From: a virus
DNA: 64,000 bases
IMG/VR virus record: IMGVR_UViG_3300027804_000045
Location: 64,001 to 128,000 of that record
Strand: one strand, 5' to 3'
Shown: positions 50,777 through 60,415 of the stretch, piece after piece
Numbering within the stretch: the first letter of the stretch is position 1
How the letters are laid out: the number at the start of each line of letters is the position of its first letter
Notes under the pieces: generated by a model
What the model was told of the DNA's origin: nothing
Seen by the model: the letters and a program-made list of their open reading frames with translations, nothing else
Database searches by the model: none
Position numbers and translations under genes: made by a program

Positions 50777-52171
50777 TTAAATTCTTCCAACCAATACTTC
50801 AACTACACCTTCATCATCTGTCAATTTATTTGTTATTGCTTTACCTATAACAGTACCGACCTTAGGCATAGTTATTGCAGCTTTAGCTAATCCATTACCG
50901 GCGCTGATTAGCATATCTCCCTTGCTTATCTTACCTATAACTCTAACTGGAACACGACCAATTAGTGCGATCATGACTGGGTGCTCTGTATGTAAGCTTC
51001 CATTCATAACGTATGCAGGTTCGCTAGATACTACACCTGCAATTTTATTACTTTCTGATCCTGCTACTGTTACCTCTTGCTCACCACCAAATTCTAACAC
51101 CGTGCCTGGAATGTAGTTTTTATCCGCGGCATAATATTCAGCAAGGTCAGCATAAGTCGCTTCTAATCTTGATCCTGATGTTAACGTCCAGTTGCCAGTG
51201 ATAGTACCTGGTGTTGCAGCGGCACCTGTTGTTATAGATGTTAGTACTAACGGATTTGAACCTGTAATGGTTAAATTTGTAAAACTTGCATTTCCTGCTG
51301 TAACGTTTGCAAGATTTGCTGTACCACCGACTGTTAGATTTCCATTCGCTGTGATGTTGTTACCGACTATAATATTGCCGGGGCTTACTGTTAAATTGTT
51401 AGTTGTTTTATTAAATGTAAAATTAGCACTTGCATCTAACAAGTTGTTTGTATTAAATTGAACGCTTGTAGTCACGCCTGCGGCATTTGCTGAACCTTCG
51501 CTCCCGGTCGGTGCACAAGTTAAAATACCGCCTGATACATATGTGCCAAAACCTGTTGTATTGACAGGCGCTGTCAAAGTAATATCTGAATATAAAGCAA
51601 ATGAATTATTAGTTAAGTTTCCAATGAAATAAGAATTTCCATTTACTTGTGTCATTCCTGTTACGCCTGTAATCGTAACTTCTGACCCATTTGTCAAATA
51701 AATATTTTCCGCGGTAGTGACAATGCCCGTGATAGCTTTACTAATATTAGCGATGTTTGCTGTCACAAATACTTTAGGAGTCCAGCTTAAATTTCCTGTG
51801 CCGTCAGTAGTAAGCACATAATTAATACCGCCGCCTTGGATTGCGACATTGCTTACATCTCCTAAATTTACATATCCACCTGCGTCGCCGCCCCTGTTTA
51901 CCCAATTGTCACCATCATATACTAATACTTGGCCATTAGCTAAATTTAAATCGTTTATGTTTAAATTAGAGTTGCCGGCGCCATCTAATTGACTAAATGA
52001 GATATCAGAGTATGCAGTTAGAACTTCGACGTTTTCTGTGTTACCTGTAGTTTTACCAATAAAAAGACGATTAACGTCTGCCGCAAAACCAAATTCTGCT
52101 TGATCTAATTGCGGCAAATCAACTAATTCACCGTAACGTTGTTGAATTTTAGAAATCTGTATAATTGACAT
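50777..52171 (-). CDS. Tail fibre/spike with Mtd-like N-terminus and C-terminal ADLAEYY intramolecular-chaperone-like domain
   Basis: IQQR.G....LPQL...E.G...D..RLFIG; YADLAEYY...GVVS..PAY.MN...GRVPV...KGD. Confidence 0.75.
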   Translation of the reverse strand: MSIIQISKIQQRYGELVDLPQLDQAEFGFAADVNRLFIGKTTGNTENVEVLTAYSDISFSQLDGAGNSNLNINDLNLANGQVLVYDGDNWVNRGGDAGGYVNLGDVSNVAIQGGGINYVLTTDGTGNLSWTPKVFVTANIANISKAITGIVTTAENIYLTNGSEVTITGVTGMTQVNGNSYFIGNLTNNSFALYSDITLTAPVNTTGFGTYVSGGILTCAPTGSEGSANAAGVTTSVQFNTNNLLDASANFTFNKTTNNLTVSPGNIIVGNNITANGNLTVGGTANLANVTAGNASFTNLTITGSNPLVLTSITTGAAATPGTITGNWTLTSGSRLEATYADLAEYYAADKNYIPGTVLEFGGEQEVTVAGSESNKIAGVVSSEPAYVMNGSLHTEHPVMIALIGRVPVRVIGKISKGDMLISAGNGLAKAAITMPKVGTVIGKAITNKLTDDEGVVEVLVGRI

Positions 52172-52213
52172 AGTTGTACTTACACCGGTAGTACAACTAT
52201 TTATGCTTTTATA

Positions 52214-52903
52214 TTACAGGAATTGAGTGTAATATTCTTCTATTCTGTGAAACCATTTGTCTGTGTATGTGTCGAATTCCTTACCTTCAACTATAAATTC
52301 CTGATATTTATTATCAGCACTACACATAAAGACTACACCCTTACGTATGTTAGTTCCATACACTTCATTATGTGCTGTAGCATAAGCGGATAATTGAAGA
52401 AAATAGTCATCGATCCATTCGCGCTTTTTAGGCTTGTTAGTTTGCTTATGGTCCATGATGGCCTCTGAACCCTCATGTATCCCAACAAGGTCTGTAGTTC
52501 CCGCATATACTTCAGGGAAGTAAAGACTGACTTCTGTTCCCCAAAATTCCTGACACTTACTTAACCCTTTGTCAATGATAGTCTGAGCCATCAGATGACT
52601 TTGTATACTGTAAGGATTGGTACCGGGCTTTCCTGTATCTCCGGTTTTCACATGATTTTCTAAAAACTTGTGCATACGAGTCCCACGACCCGCTGCCTCT
52701 GTAGTTATTTCTTTTGCCTTCTGCTCGCCTACCCGCTTACGCCATTCACGTAGTGCTTGCTTTGCTTCTTCGGGTTTAGTTGCATCCAGTATCGTGGTGA
52801 CACTGGGAACAGCATATCCATCTGGGGTCATATATTTCCTTGACCCATTAATGGTTTCGCGCTTCAGTTCTTTGTAGGGAAATTTATTAGGTAAGTATAT
52901 CAA
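52214..52903 (-). CDS. PD-(D/E)xK exonuclease
   Basis: PSVTTIL, RGT.MH, E..L, AGT.D, D.K, QL.AY; probable TTG start overlapping the iscA stop. Confidence 0.85.
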   Translation of the reverse strand: MIYLPNKFPYKELKRETINGSRKYMTPDGYAVPSVTTILDATKPEEAKQALREWRKRVGEQKAKEITTEAAGRGTRMHKFLENHVKTGDTGKPGTNPYSIQSHLMAQTIIDKGLSKCQEFWGTEVSLYFPEVYAGTTDLVGIHEGSEAIMDHKQTNKPKKREWIDDYFLQLSAYATAHNEVYGTNIRKGVVFMCSADNKYQEFIVEGKEFDTYTDKWFHRIEEYYTQFL

Positions 52904-53220
52904 ACAGTAAAACTCTCGCCGCAACCGCAGCGTCCTGCTTCGTTAGGATTTAGAAATTCAAATCTTTCATTCAATCCTTGCTTGATATAATCAATCGTGA
53001 TGCCATCCAATAACCTTTCAGCTAATGGATCTACGAACAAAGTAAAATTATCGTAATGTTGATGGAATCCTGTTACAGGAGTATCGGCAAACTCAAGGGT
53101 GTATGCGTAACCAGAACAGCCTGTTTTCTTCACGCCTACAAGTATCCCTATACCTTTGCCGCGCTGTTCTAGTTGTTCTATAAATCTTTGTTCAGCTTTA
53201 TCTGTTATTGTTATAAGCAT
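52900..53220 (-). CDS. iscA: A-type Fe-S cluster carrier (IscA/HesB)
   Basis: TGCSG.Y and NPN....CGCGESF. Confidence 0.92.
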   Translation of the reverse strand: MLITITDKAEQRFIEQLEQRGKGIGILVGVKKTGCSGYAYTLEFADTPVTGFHQHYDNFTLFVDPLAERLLDGITIDYIKQGLNERFEFLNPNEAGRCGCGESFTV

Positions 53221-53260
53221 TTCAATACATTATAGTGCAATTGTTGTATAAAAACAACTT

Positions 53261-53596
53261 TTATTTGCCCAATGCTTTTTTAGCCATCTTTGCTACTACT
53301 TCTTTGCTTTGTTCTGGAGATGGCATTTCTGGTGTTTTAGGTTGCTGTGGTAGACCTTTGAAAACAACTTCTTGACCCTTTACGTCAGATATTACTGACT
53401 TAAGTGGATCGACTTTTATCATGTTGTAAATGTCTTTGTTAGACAATACAACATCAAAACTGTCAAAATATTCAAGCAACTGATCTAACGTCCAGTTACT
53501 GGTAATCTCGCCCTTTTTGATAGCCTGCTTTAATTGGTCACTTGCTGATATGATATTTACCAGCAACTCCTGATCTGAAAATTCAAAGAGGTACAT
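53261..53596 (-). CDS. Hypothetical protein
   Basis: ORF. Confidence 0.7.
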   Translation of the reverse strand: MYLFEFSDQELLVNIISASDQLKQAIKKGEITSNWTLDQLLEYFDSFDVVLSNKDIYNMIKVDPLKSVISDVKGQEVVFKGLPQQPKTPEMPSPEQSKEVVAKMAKKALGK

Positions 53597-53599
53597 TAC

Positions 53600-54295
53600 T
53601 TACCTCTTTTCGCGACCAACTCCACCTACTGGTGCTGCTTCTGGCTCTTCGGCTGGAACTTCGGCAGCTACTTCAGCTCCGATCAATTCACCGTCTGGTT
53701 CTTGTTTTGCTGCGATATCTGTCACAGCAACTTCTTCACCGCCGCTTGGTGCACCTAATGCTGACATGTCGCCTTGACCTGTCATAGCATTCATAGCACC
53801 TTGTAGCATTTGCTTGCTTTGGCTTAAGCACTGGTTTAAAGCGGTTAGTGCTTCGCTGGCAGCCTGGTTGAATGTTTGTGATTCATTAGCACCAATCTCG
53901 CTTTGTATGCTATCAGTCAATGCAGGTAATTCTTTAACTAACATATTGTTAGTTTCTTCAAGCATTTTCTGAAGTTGATCTACCATATCTTGGGCTGCTA
54001 GAATAACTTGTGATTTTTCTACTTCCGCATTTTCTACAAGAATTCTTGATGGTTTCAATGTCTTAAAATGTTCTAATAATGCTTGGCTCATGAATACTAA
54101 TTTCATGTAACTAGGATCATTTTGTGCTGCATAATAATTAGGCATCATACGTGCTTCTTTGATAAGACCATTAATTCTAGTCATCATGGATAATGTCTGG
54201 CCATATGACAAATTTGAAGGGTCAAAGTTGTAATCAAAATTAGCTCTTAATGCTTTGACAGCGACATTTTTAGATGTTAAATCATTCATTTTCAT
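53600..54295 (-). CDS. Putative prohead core/scaffold-like helical protein
   Basis: Acidic helical; late promoter 54322-54329; LVE site. Confidence 0.5.
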   Translation of the reverse strand: MKMNDLTSKNVAVKALRANFDYNFDPSNLSYGQTLSMMTRINGLIKEARMMPNYYAAQNDPSYMKLVFMSQALLEHFKTLKPSRILVENAEVEKSQVILAAQDMVDQLQKMLEETNNMLVKELPALTDSIQSEIGANESQTFNQAASEALTALNQCLSQSKQMLQGAMNAMTGQGDMSALGAPSGGEEVAVTDIAAKQEPDGELIGAEVAAEVPAEEPEAAPVGGVGREKR

Positions 54296-54341
54296 AAAAT
54301 AAATCCCGAGTTATAATAATATATTTATCACAATTCCTAGA

Positions 54342-54779
54342 TTATAAATCCTGATTGTCCTTATATTTTCTGCTTTGAATATGCTTGCTTAAAGCTGTAT
54401 AAGTATTGATTTCTTCTAGGATCTTACGTTTTTTAAGTTTTGCTTCTTGCAGTTTAGCACTGTAAATTGATGAATTTTCACATTTTTTATCTACCAATCT
54501 GGTGTGATTTTGTATAGCAGCATCCAAACTTACTAGTTCATTATCTAATTCTAACACCCTTCTGACATCTTTATAGTTCTTATTATTATTTAAAACACAC
54601 CAAGTTACAGCATGTTTTAAAAAATAGAAAACATAAAAAGTATCTTCTCCTCTCTCCTGAAGTAGATACTCTCCATCTTTATTTTCTATTAAGTAACGAC
54701 CAAACAGGTTATAGGATCCGTCATCCTCACGGACTATAAAAAGATCCTTGATCTTAGTTTTTATATCTGTTTTTGTCAC
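54342..54779 (-). CDS. Hypothetical protein
   Basis: Probable GTG start immediately after the upstream stop. Confidence 0.65.
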   Translation of the reverse strand: MTKTDIKTKIKDLFIVREDDGSYNLFGRYLIENKDGEYLLQERGEDTFYVFYFLKHAVTWCVLNNNKNYKDVRRVLELDNELVSLDAAIQNHTRLVDKKCENSSIYSAKLQEAKLKKRKILEEINTYTALSKHIQSRKYKDNQDL

Positions 54780-54780
54780 T

Positions 54781-55224
54781 CTAGTATTTAACAAAGTATA
54801 TGTTTCTTTTCGCATTTGTTATATCCAAGTTACTATCAATGTTCGGCCATTGGGTGTCACATTTGACCATAGGAACTTCTTGGCAATCTTTATACAAATA
54901 TCCTAATTCTTCTATCCCATCCTCAAATACTGAGGCGTGTTGCACTTCAAAATCAAAAGTCCATACGGGAATCTTATTGTCCGTATAATATATACCAAAC
55001 TTATGATTTGAAATATCAGATAAGCACAATCGCTTAGGATCAGAACTAATATCCGGCTGTGATCTTAAAGAAATCACTTGTAAAATAGTATCAAAATTGC
55101 ATTGCGTGTTTCTTTTACGAACCCATTGAGCAACATCATCTATATCATCTCCCGGCTTTGCTCTATTAAGAGTACCGGTCCTTGTGATATCAAATAATGT
55201 GTAGCAAGCAATTCTATGAGACAT
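54781..55224 (-). CDS. Conserved hypothetical protein
   Basis: TLFDIT.TG, RN.Q.N..T..Q..SLR; GTAAATA 4 nt upstream. Confidence 0.7.
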   Translation of the reverse strand: MSHRIACYTLFDITRTGTLNRAKPGDDIDDVAQWVRKRNTQCNFDTILQVISLRSQPDISSDPKRLCLSDISNHKFGIYYTDNKIPVWTFDFEVQHASVFEDGIEELGYLYKDCQEVPMVKCDTQWPNIDSNLDITNAKRNIYFVKY

Positions 55225-55241
55225 GCCGTATTTACAGCAAT

Positions 55242-55271
55242 AAAAAAGCCCGAGAATTTTACTTCTCGGGC
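55242..55271 (-). terminator. Intrinsic terminator
   Basis: GCCCGAGAA...TTCTCGGGC followed by TTTTTT. Confidence 0.85.
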
Positions 55272-55298
55272 CTCATTCGTCTCAACTAAAACTAACTA

Positions 55299-55688
55299 TT
55301 AGTTAGTGAAAGTTGCTGATGCTGCTGTAGTTACAGCATAGCCTAGAGCTGCTGTTAGTGCAACGTCTAAACTACCGCCGTTAGCAAAGTCCCATGCGCC
55401 TACTGGATATACTGCAACTGCTAGTGTATCAGTGTTTGCACCTACTTCAGTATATTCATATAGATATACTGTTGCTAATTGCTGAATAGTTTGGAAAGCA
55501 ATTGCTAGGTCTGCACCACTTGGTGATGCTGCGCCTGTGAATGTAACTGTACCGAAGTCCAACTTTGGACCTTGTGGCTGAACTGTCTTACCTGAATTTA
55601 CAGCATTTAGACCAGCGTTTGTATATTCTGGTGCGTCTAAGTGTAATACCTGTTGAAAGTCGCCATTGACTTTTGTAAATTGTGCCAT
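55299..55688 (-). CDS. Small, probably abundant virion protein (decoration-like)
   Basis: Own late promoter (55736-55743), 5' hairpin TGAACC/GGTTCA, GGAG RBS and terminator. Confidence 0.55.
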   Translation of the reverse strand: MAQFTKVNGDFQQVLHLDAPEYTNAGLNAVNSGKTVQPQGPKLDFGTVTFTGAASPSGADLAIAFQTIQQLATVYLYEYTEVGANTDTLAVAVYPVGAWDFANGGSLDVALTAALGYAVTTAASATFTN

Positions 55689-55770
55689 TTTCTAAATCTC
55701 CATATTAGTTTGAACCCCTGTGAGGTTCATACTATTATTTATGCCTGGCTTTAAAAAATATGGTTTTGGG

Positions 55771-56913
55771 CTATTGTTTTGCGGCTAAATTTTGACGGCT
55801 GAAACCCAATCTATCTACATATTTTAGCCCCTGACAGACAAATCCTTCTTGGCTTTGCTGACCTGACTGTAGATAGCCCTTGACCGGGCTTTGTTCCGCA
55901 GCTTGATTTAATTGTTCGACAAGATTCATTTTAAGTTGATAGATTGCAGCCCAAATTGTAAACAGCCCTACTATGCCTTGTTTGTTATTATTAATATGGT
56001 CAGCTAGTTTTTTCTTCATACTGTCTGTCATAGGTCTTTCTTCAAAATAAGTTAAAAAGTCATCACTTAAATTTGAAAGATTGTTAGCAATAATTTTCTT
56101 GTTTACATATGTTGTGAATAGTTGACTAAAACTATTTCTGGCTTGCGGTGCTGTATTAAGCAATTGCTCTACAGCCCTGCCATATTTAGAAATTTTCTTT
56201 TTAGCATCGGTAATTAACGATTTATCTAATGTTATTGTAGGAACTATAGGCATCGCGCTAGGAAGTATTGCTACATCACTATTATTGATCAAGCCTCCTA
56301 ACGTACCATCTAGACTTTGAGCATCATTCGTACTTATAGCATCGGGTGCTATATATTGGTGTACCGCAACTCCTGCTATCTTGTTGCTTAAAAGTTTACC
56401 TACATCGCTATCAACATCGACTGTATAAGTTATACCGTTAGGATTCGCTTTAAATTTATAAAAACCCTTTTGGTTTTTGAGCGGCTGGTTGAAGAGTAAG
56501 TCGCTCCAGTAATAGCCTTTTGTTCCTTTGCTTGCTTTTTGCAAACCGGGCCAGATATTCCTAATGAGATTCGTAAGTTCTGCACGATCAACACCTCTTT
56601 GTTTATCATATTCAGCAAATGCTTCTGGACTATAAATTTTACGTCCCATGCCATCTACACGGTTAAACATATGTTTATCCATGATGCTAAATTTGTTATT
56701 TGTACCCCTGCCGAAAATCAAGGCAGGATAACCGTCCCATTTAATTGTGATTGCTTGTGGATTTTGTGAACACGCTATGATAGAATTTACCGCTCTATCA
56801 GCGCCATTTACACCCTGTAGTATGACCAAATCTTCTGGATGGTCAAGATGGCCTTTCGCTTCAGTTAAAAGATCTTTTAAAATATTTCTTGTCTTAATGA
56901 AAAAGTCTAACAT
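55771..56913 (-). CDS. DUF6267-like conserved T4-type protein
   Basis: HLDHPED, KWDGYPA, EGFV, K.VDR..FS..N. Confidence 0.65.
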   Translation of the reverse strand: MLDFFIKTRNILKDLLTEAKGHLDHPEDLVILQGVNGADRAVNSIIACSQNPQAITIKWDGYPALIFGRGTNNKFSIMDKHMFNRVDGMGRKIYSPEAFAEYDKQRGVDRAELTNLIRNIWPGLQKASKGTKGYYWSDLLFNQPLKNQKGFYKFKANPNGITYTVDVDSDVGKLLSNKIAGVAVHQYIAPDAISTNDAQSLDGTLGGLINNSDVAILPSAMPIVPTITLDKSLITDAKKKISKYGRAVEQLLNTAPQARNSFSQLFTTYVNKKIIANNLSNLSDDFLTYFEERPMTDSMKKKLADHINNNKQGIVGLFTIWAAIYQLKMNLVEQLNQAAEQSPVKGYLQSGQQSQEGFVCQGLKYVDRLGFSRQNLAAKQ

Positions 56914-57743
56914 TAATAGGTGCCTGGTGACGTTCGTGCTTGGTTAGCCATCTCAATAGCCCAGGCTATATCAGCAATTTTAGCTAGGTCATCTTTCAAC
57001 GTGTTGTTTGCATAACTGTTAGGTAAGTTTTGAAGTATTGTGTTTATTTGTTCTACGCCTGAAGATAAGTCAATGCCTTTTAGGTATGGAGCAATAAAAT
57101 GATCTCTTGTCCATTGTGATATGCTCTTGACTTCTTCGTTAATAAGGCTTTCATACAACCTTTGCATTTTAATATATTGAATGGCTTCGGATAAAGATTG
57201 TGCTAAAAGTTTATCTAATAATACCTGGTAGTCAGGATTTGCTAATTGATTTTTGTCGTTTATCCAACCCTGCTTAGTTTTCGTATAATTAATACCATCT
57301 AATGGTACAACGATCGGTTTCCATTGTCCGGTTTCTTTATCCTGTCTCATTGTAGGCTTCAAACCAGGCTGTGCTTGTTGTTTTCTTGGTTGTCTTTGCT
57401 GTGTTGGTTGTCTTGGTTGTCTTTGCTGTCTTGATCCGGATTGCTGTGTTTGCTGTTGTGATACCGAAGGTTCATCGCGTAGTGTTGGAAAATTCCCTGA
57501 CAATACATTTGACTGTGGGTCTAACAAACCTGCTTTTATAGCGGTGTTGATTGCATTTGCGCCGTTATTAACAAAGTTCTTAACAAAATTGTCGTATGCT
57601 AATTGCTGTTCTTTCGATAATCCGCTTTTGCGTCTGGCTTGCCAATTTTTAAAGGCACTAAAACCTGCAGGGGTATCTTTATTACCTTTAACACCCTTAT
57701 AAAGATTCTCTATATTATCGAGCCAGCCTTCACTTATCTTCAT
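56913..57743 (-). CDS. Hypothetical putative head protein with a Q/R/P-rich linker
   Basis: MKISEG N-terminus; QQRQPR repeats. Confidence 0.6.
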   Translation of the reverse strand: MKISEGWLDNIENLYKGVKGNKDTPAGFSAFKNWQARRKSGLSKEQQLAYDNFVKNFVNNGANAINTAIKAGLLDPQSNVLSGNFPTLRDEPSVSQQQTQQSGSRQQRQPRQPTQQRQPRKQQAQPGLKPTMRQDKETGQWKPIVVPLDGINYTKTKQGWINDKNQLANPDYQVLLDKLLAQSLSEAIQYIKMQRLYESLINEEVKSISQWTRDHFIAPYLKGIDLSSGVEQINTILQNLPNSYANNTLKDDLAKIADIAWAIEMANQARTSPGTY

Positions 57744-57978
57744 TTTTCTTTCTCAACGATTTAGCAAAGCGCGTTGGTTCTTTACTTTTAATAGCGGAAA
57801 GAAGTTTCTTTTCTAAAAGTTCAGCTTTTTCTGGACTGTAATTTCTATAAATCAATTCTACTAAATTAATAGCACTAGTAATCACGTTATTTGCTCTATT
57901 TTCAATTACGTGATTCATGTCTCTATTACTGCCTATAGACTCAAGTTCTTCCAGCAGACTACGTGTGCGCTTTTGCAT
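57730..57978 (-). CDS. Conserved small hypothetical protein
   Basis: MQKRTRSLLEEL; GATAAATA 7 nt upstream. Confidence 0.75.
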   Translation of the reverse strand: MQKRTRSLLEELESIGSNRDMNHVIENRANNVITSAINLVELIYRNYSPEKAELLEKKLLSAIKSKEPTRFAKSLRKKNEDK

Positions 57979-58008
57979 AATGTAGTATTTATCAACAAAC
58001 GGGTCGTT

Positions 58009-59412
58009 TTAATTCTTTAAATTGTTCAATAAACTACGTAGTTTTGCGCTCTGTACGTTAGCCTTTATATTCTTGTTTTCTTCTTCCATAGGGGCAATCT
58101 CGGTGTTTGTGCTGGATCCTATAGAACTAGTAGCCTTGATTTGGCTTAGTAGTTGACTTCCTGAAGGCTGGGGTTTAGGGGCACTCTCTCCATCATCTGT
58201 GATACGCAACGTCTCGACATCGAATTTGAGTTCGATTTTCTGACCTACCCCCGAACTACTACGTGTTTTCATCAACTGTATCTGATACAATCCACGCTCA
58301 CGCATACTACGACTTGTAAAGATACCAAATACGTTGTCTGCTGTATTGATCTTACTGATACCACCACTGATGTGACTATGATCAAACTCAATCTCTTCGA
58401 CCGCGCTACGATTCAACTGACTTGCTGTGACGAACAATACGTTCAATTCCTTAGCAAGGTTACGCAATTCTTCTGAAACATACTTGTCCTTGACGAACAA
58501 ATCGCTTGGGCTGACCTTTGCGCTTACGGGCATGATCAAGTCCAGATAGTCGATGCATAAAAAGTCACATCTCATACCTGTTTGTACTTGTAGTTCTTTT
58601 ACATATGCTCTGATATCGTTGACGTTGCTTTGTGCTGGCATATACTTGATGCGTAACTGACCAGCCTTCTTTGCGACCATCTTGACCTTCATTTCAACAT
58701 TGTCTAGATCCTTAAAGATTTCTCTTGTGCTAGTATCAGTCATCATACTATCCAATCGCATACTACACAAGCCCTCACTCAACTCAAGCGTGATGTATAC
58801 ACCATTCAGTCCATTCTGTACCCAGTTGACTGCAAGATTTTGCATGATCAAACTCTTACCAGAACCAGAACCACCTGCAAAGATTTGTAGTTCGCCGCGA
58901 TTGAAACCACCATATAGTTTCTGATCAAGTGTAGGCCAGCCTGTGCTGTTCTGTCCATTGTTTGATTTCAATGCCATCAAACGACCACGGGGATCAGCAA
59001 AGTAATCTGTACCCATGTCCTTCTGTAGAGAAATCTGAACAGCATCTTTGATCAGTTTCTCTACAGGTCCATACTCGCCCTTCTCAAGATGATCAGCACT
59101 CTTAAGAATAGCCCTCTCAAGTTCTTGTCGTTTAGTAAATGCCTCAAATTCTTCTAGAAACCAGTCATAGTGTCCTTCATCAAGTTCTTCTAGTCTGTCG
59201 ATACTGATATCTGTAGTTGCCTTGATTTGTACTGGCTCAGGCATGACATTATATTTTTTACTATGGTCGATAATAAATGATGCTACTGGACGCAATCTAC
59301 GATCAAAATTTTCAGCGTTCATGATATTCATGACACGAGTATATAATTCTGCGTTTGTGACCATCATACGCAAGAATAATGTTTGTACATCAATGTTGTA
59401 GTCGTTTATCAA
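58009..59412 (-). CDS. Replicative DnaB/gp41-like helicase
   Basis: GGSGSGKS, LE, IDYLD, TASQLNR, K.R. Confidence 0.93.
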   Translation of the reverse strand: MINDYNIDVQTLFLRMMVTNAELYTRVMNIMNAENFDRRLRPVASFIIDHSKKYNVMPEPVQIKATTDISIDRLEELDEGHYDWFLEEFEAFTKRQELERAILKSADHLEKGEYGPVEKLIKDAVQISLQKDMGTDYFADPRGRLMALKSNNGQNSTGWPTLDQKLYGGFNRGELQIFAGGSGSGKSLIMQNLAVNWVQNGLNGVYITLELSEGLCSMRLDSMMTDTSTREIFKDLDNVEMKVKMVAKKAGQLRIKYMPAQSNVNDIRAYVKELQVQTGMRCDFLCIDYLDLIMPVSAKVSPSDLFVKDKYVSEELRNLAKELNVLFVTASQLNRSAVEEIEFDHSHISGGISKINTADNVFGIFTSRSMRERGLYQIQLMKTRSSSGVGQKIELKFDVETLRITDDGESAPKPQPSGSQLLSQIKATSSIGSSTNTEIAPMEEENKNIKANVQSAKLRSLLNNLKN

Positions 59413-60367
59413 GTTGCTTCCTCTTTACTTCTACTTTGATCTTACTGTTTGTTGCTGATTGTAAGATACTTAGTAATGTAGCGACTTTTCCATATTTTAT
59501 TACGGCGTCGTTAACATCCTTTATATCATCTTCCCAATTTGGGATGCTGACATAGAACCCTAAATCTAATGCTCTATCGCAAATCTGTATTCCTGTTTTA
59601 TCTTGATCAGGTACTACGATCACTTTCTTGTTTAGATTCTTTATAATTTCTGCTTGCTGTTCGCTAATCGTATTGTGTGCCAATGCGCAACCATTAATAC
59701 TTAATGCGTCAAATATACCTTCTACAACGATACAGACGTTATATTCTGGTTTTTGTAAGTCAATGCCGAACACAAAACCCTGCTGCTGTTCGTTGATGAA
59801 CTTTGGCGTGCGATCATCTAAGTACCTACTAGTGTGACCCACTATTTTGTTTTCATATGTGTAGGGTATGATTACACGATTTGCCTGACGACCTTCACTA
59901 TCAGGTGTACACATGAAAGGATAATCGTTGATATTTATTTTTCTATTAGTCAAATAGTCAACATAAATTTTGTGTGTTGGATTATTAACATCAATTAATT
60001 CTGCTTCGGGCAAACTCATTTCTTTAAATTTAATTTTCGCTTTTTCACGTTTGACCTTTACAAAATCTAACAAATCTTTGTGTTGTAAACTTTCCAAACT
60101 ATATTTGTTGATATCATCTTTATCTAAACCACAATAAGATAATAATGTGCGTGTGTTTTTACTAATGCTACGACCTAACACAAAATTACATTTAAAGCCA
60201 CAATTAAAACAATGATAACTCCAGTTTTCACCATCAAACTTTATGCCACCTCTACTACGGCGATCGGCTTTATGTCCGCGATAATGGCAACAGACAGCAT
60301 TGAAACTTTGCCATCCGCTCTGCGTAACTTTTTTCTTGCCTGGAATCAGTTGAAGAATATCAAACAC
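59390..60367 (-). CDS. DNA primase (gp61-like)
   Basis: Zn finger (CC...HCFNC), EGIFDA, PDQD TOPRIM, KDVND. Confidence 0.9.
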   Translation of the reverse strand: MFDILQLIPGKKKVTQSGWQSFNAVCCHYRGHKADRRSRGGIKFDGENWSYHCFNCGFKCNFVLGRSISKNTRTLLSYCGLDKDDINKYSLESLQHKDLLDFVKVKREKAKIKFKEMSLPEAELIDVNNPTHKIYVDYLTNRKININDYPFMCTPDSEGRQANRVIIPYTYENKIVGHTSRYLDDRTPKFINEQQQGFVFGIDLQKPEYNVCIVVEGIFDALSINGCALAHNTISEQQAEIIKNLNKKVIVVPDQDKTGIQICDRALDLGFYVSIPNWEDDIKDVNDAVIKYGKVATLLSILQSATNSKIKVEVKRKQLDKRLQH

Positions 60368-60373
60368 TCAGTA

Positions 60374-60401
60374 ATTATAACAGAGTGTTGCGAAAAAACA
60401 A
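60374..60401 (-). promoter_or_regulatory. Extended -10 promoter (TGtTATAAT), leaderless primase
   Basis: -10 ends 6 nt before GTG 60367; TTGTTT 16 nt upstream. Confidence 0.55.
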
Positions 60402-60415
60402 ATACTATTGGTAAC

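Noticed and set aside
52214-52903. Cas4 / CRISPR-associated gene
   Set aside because: PD-(D/E)xK nuclease lacking the four Fe-S cysteines; no cas genes or array nearby
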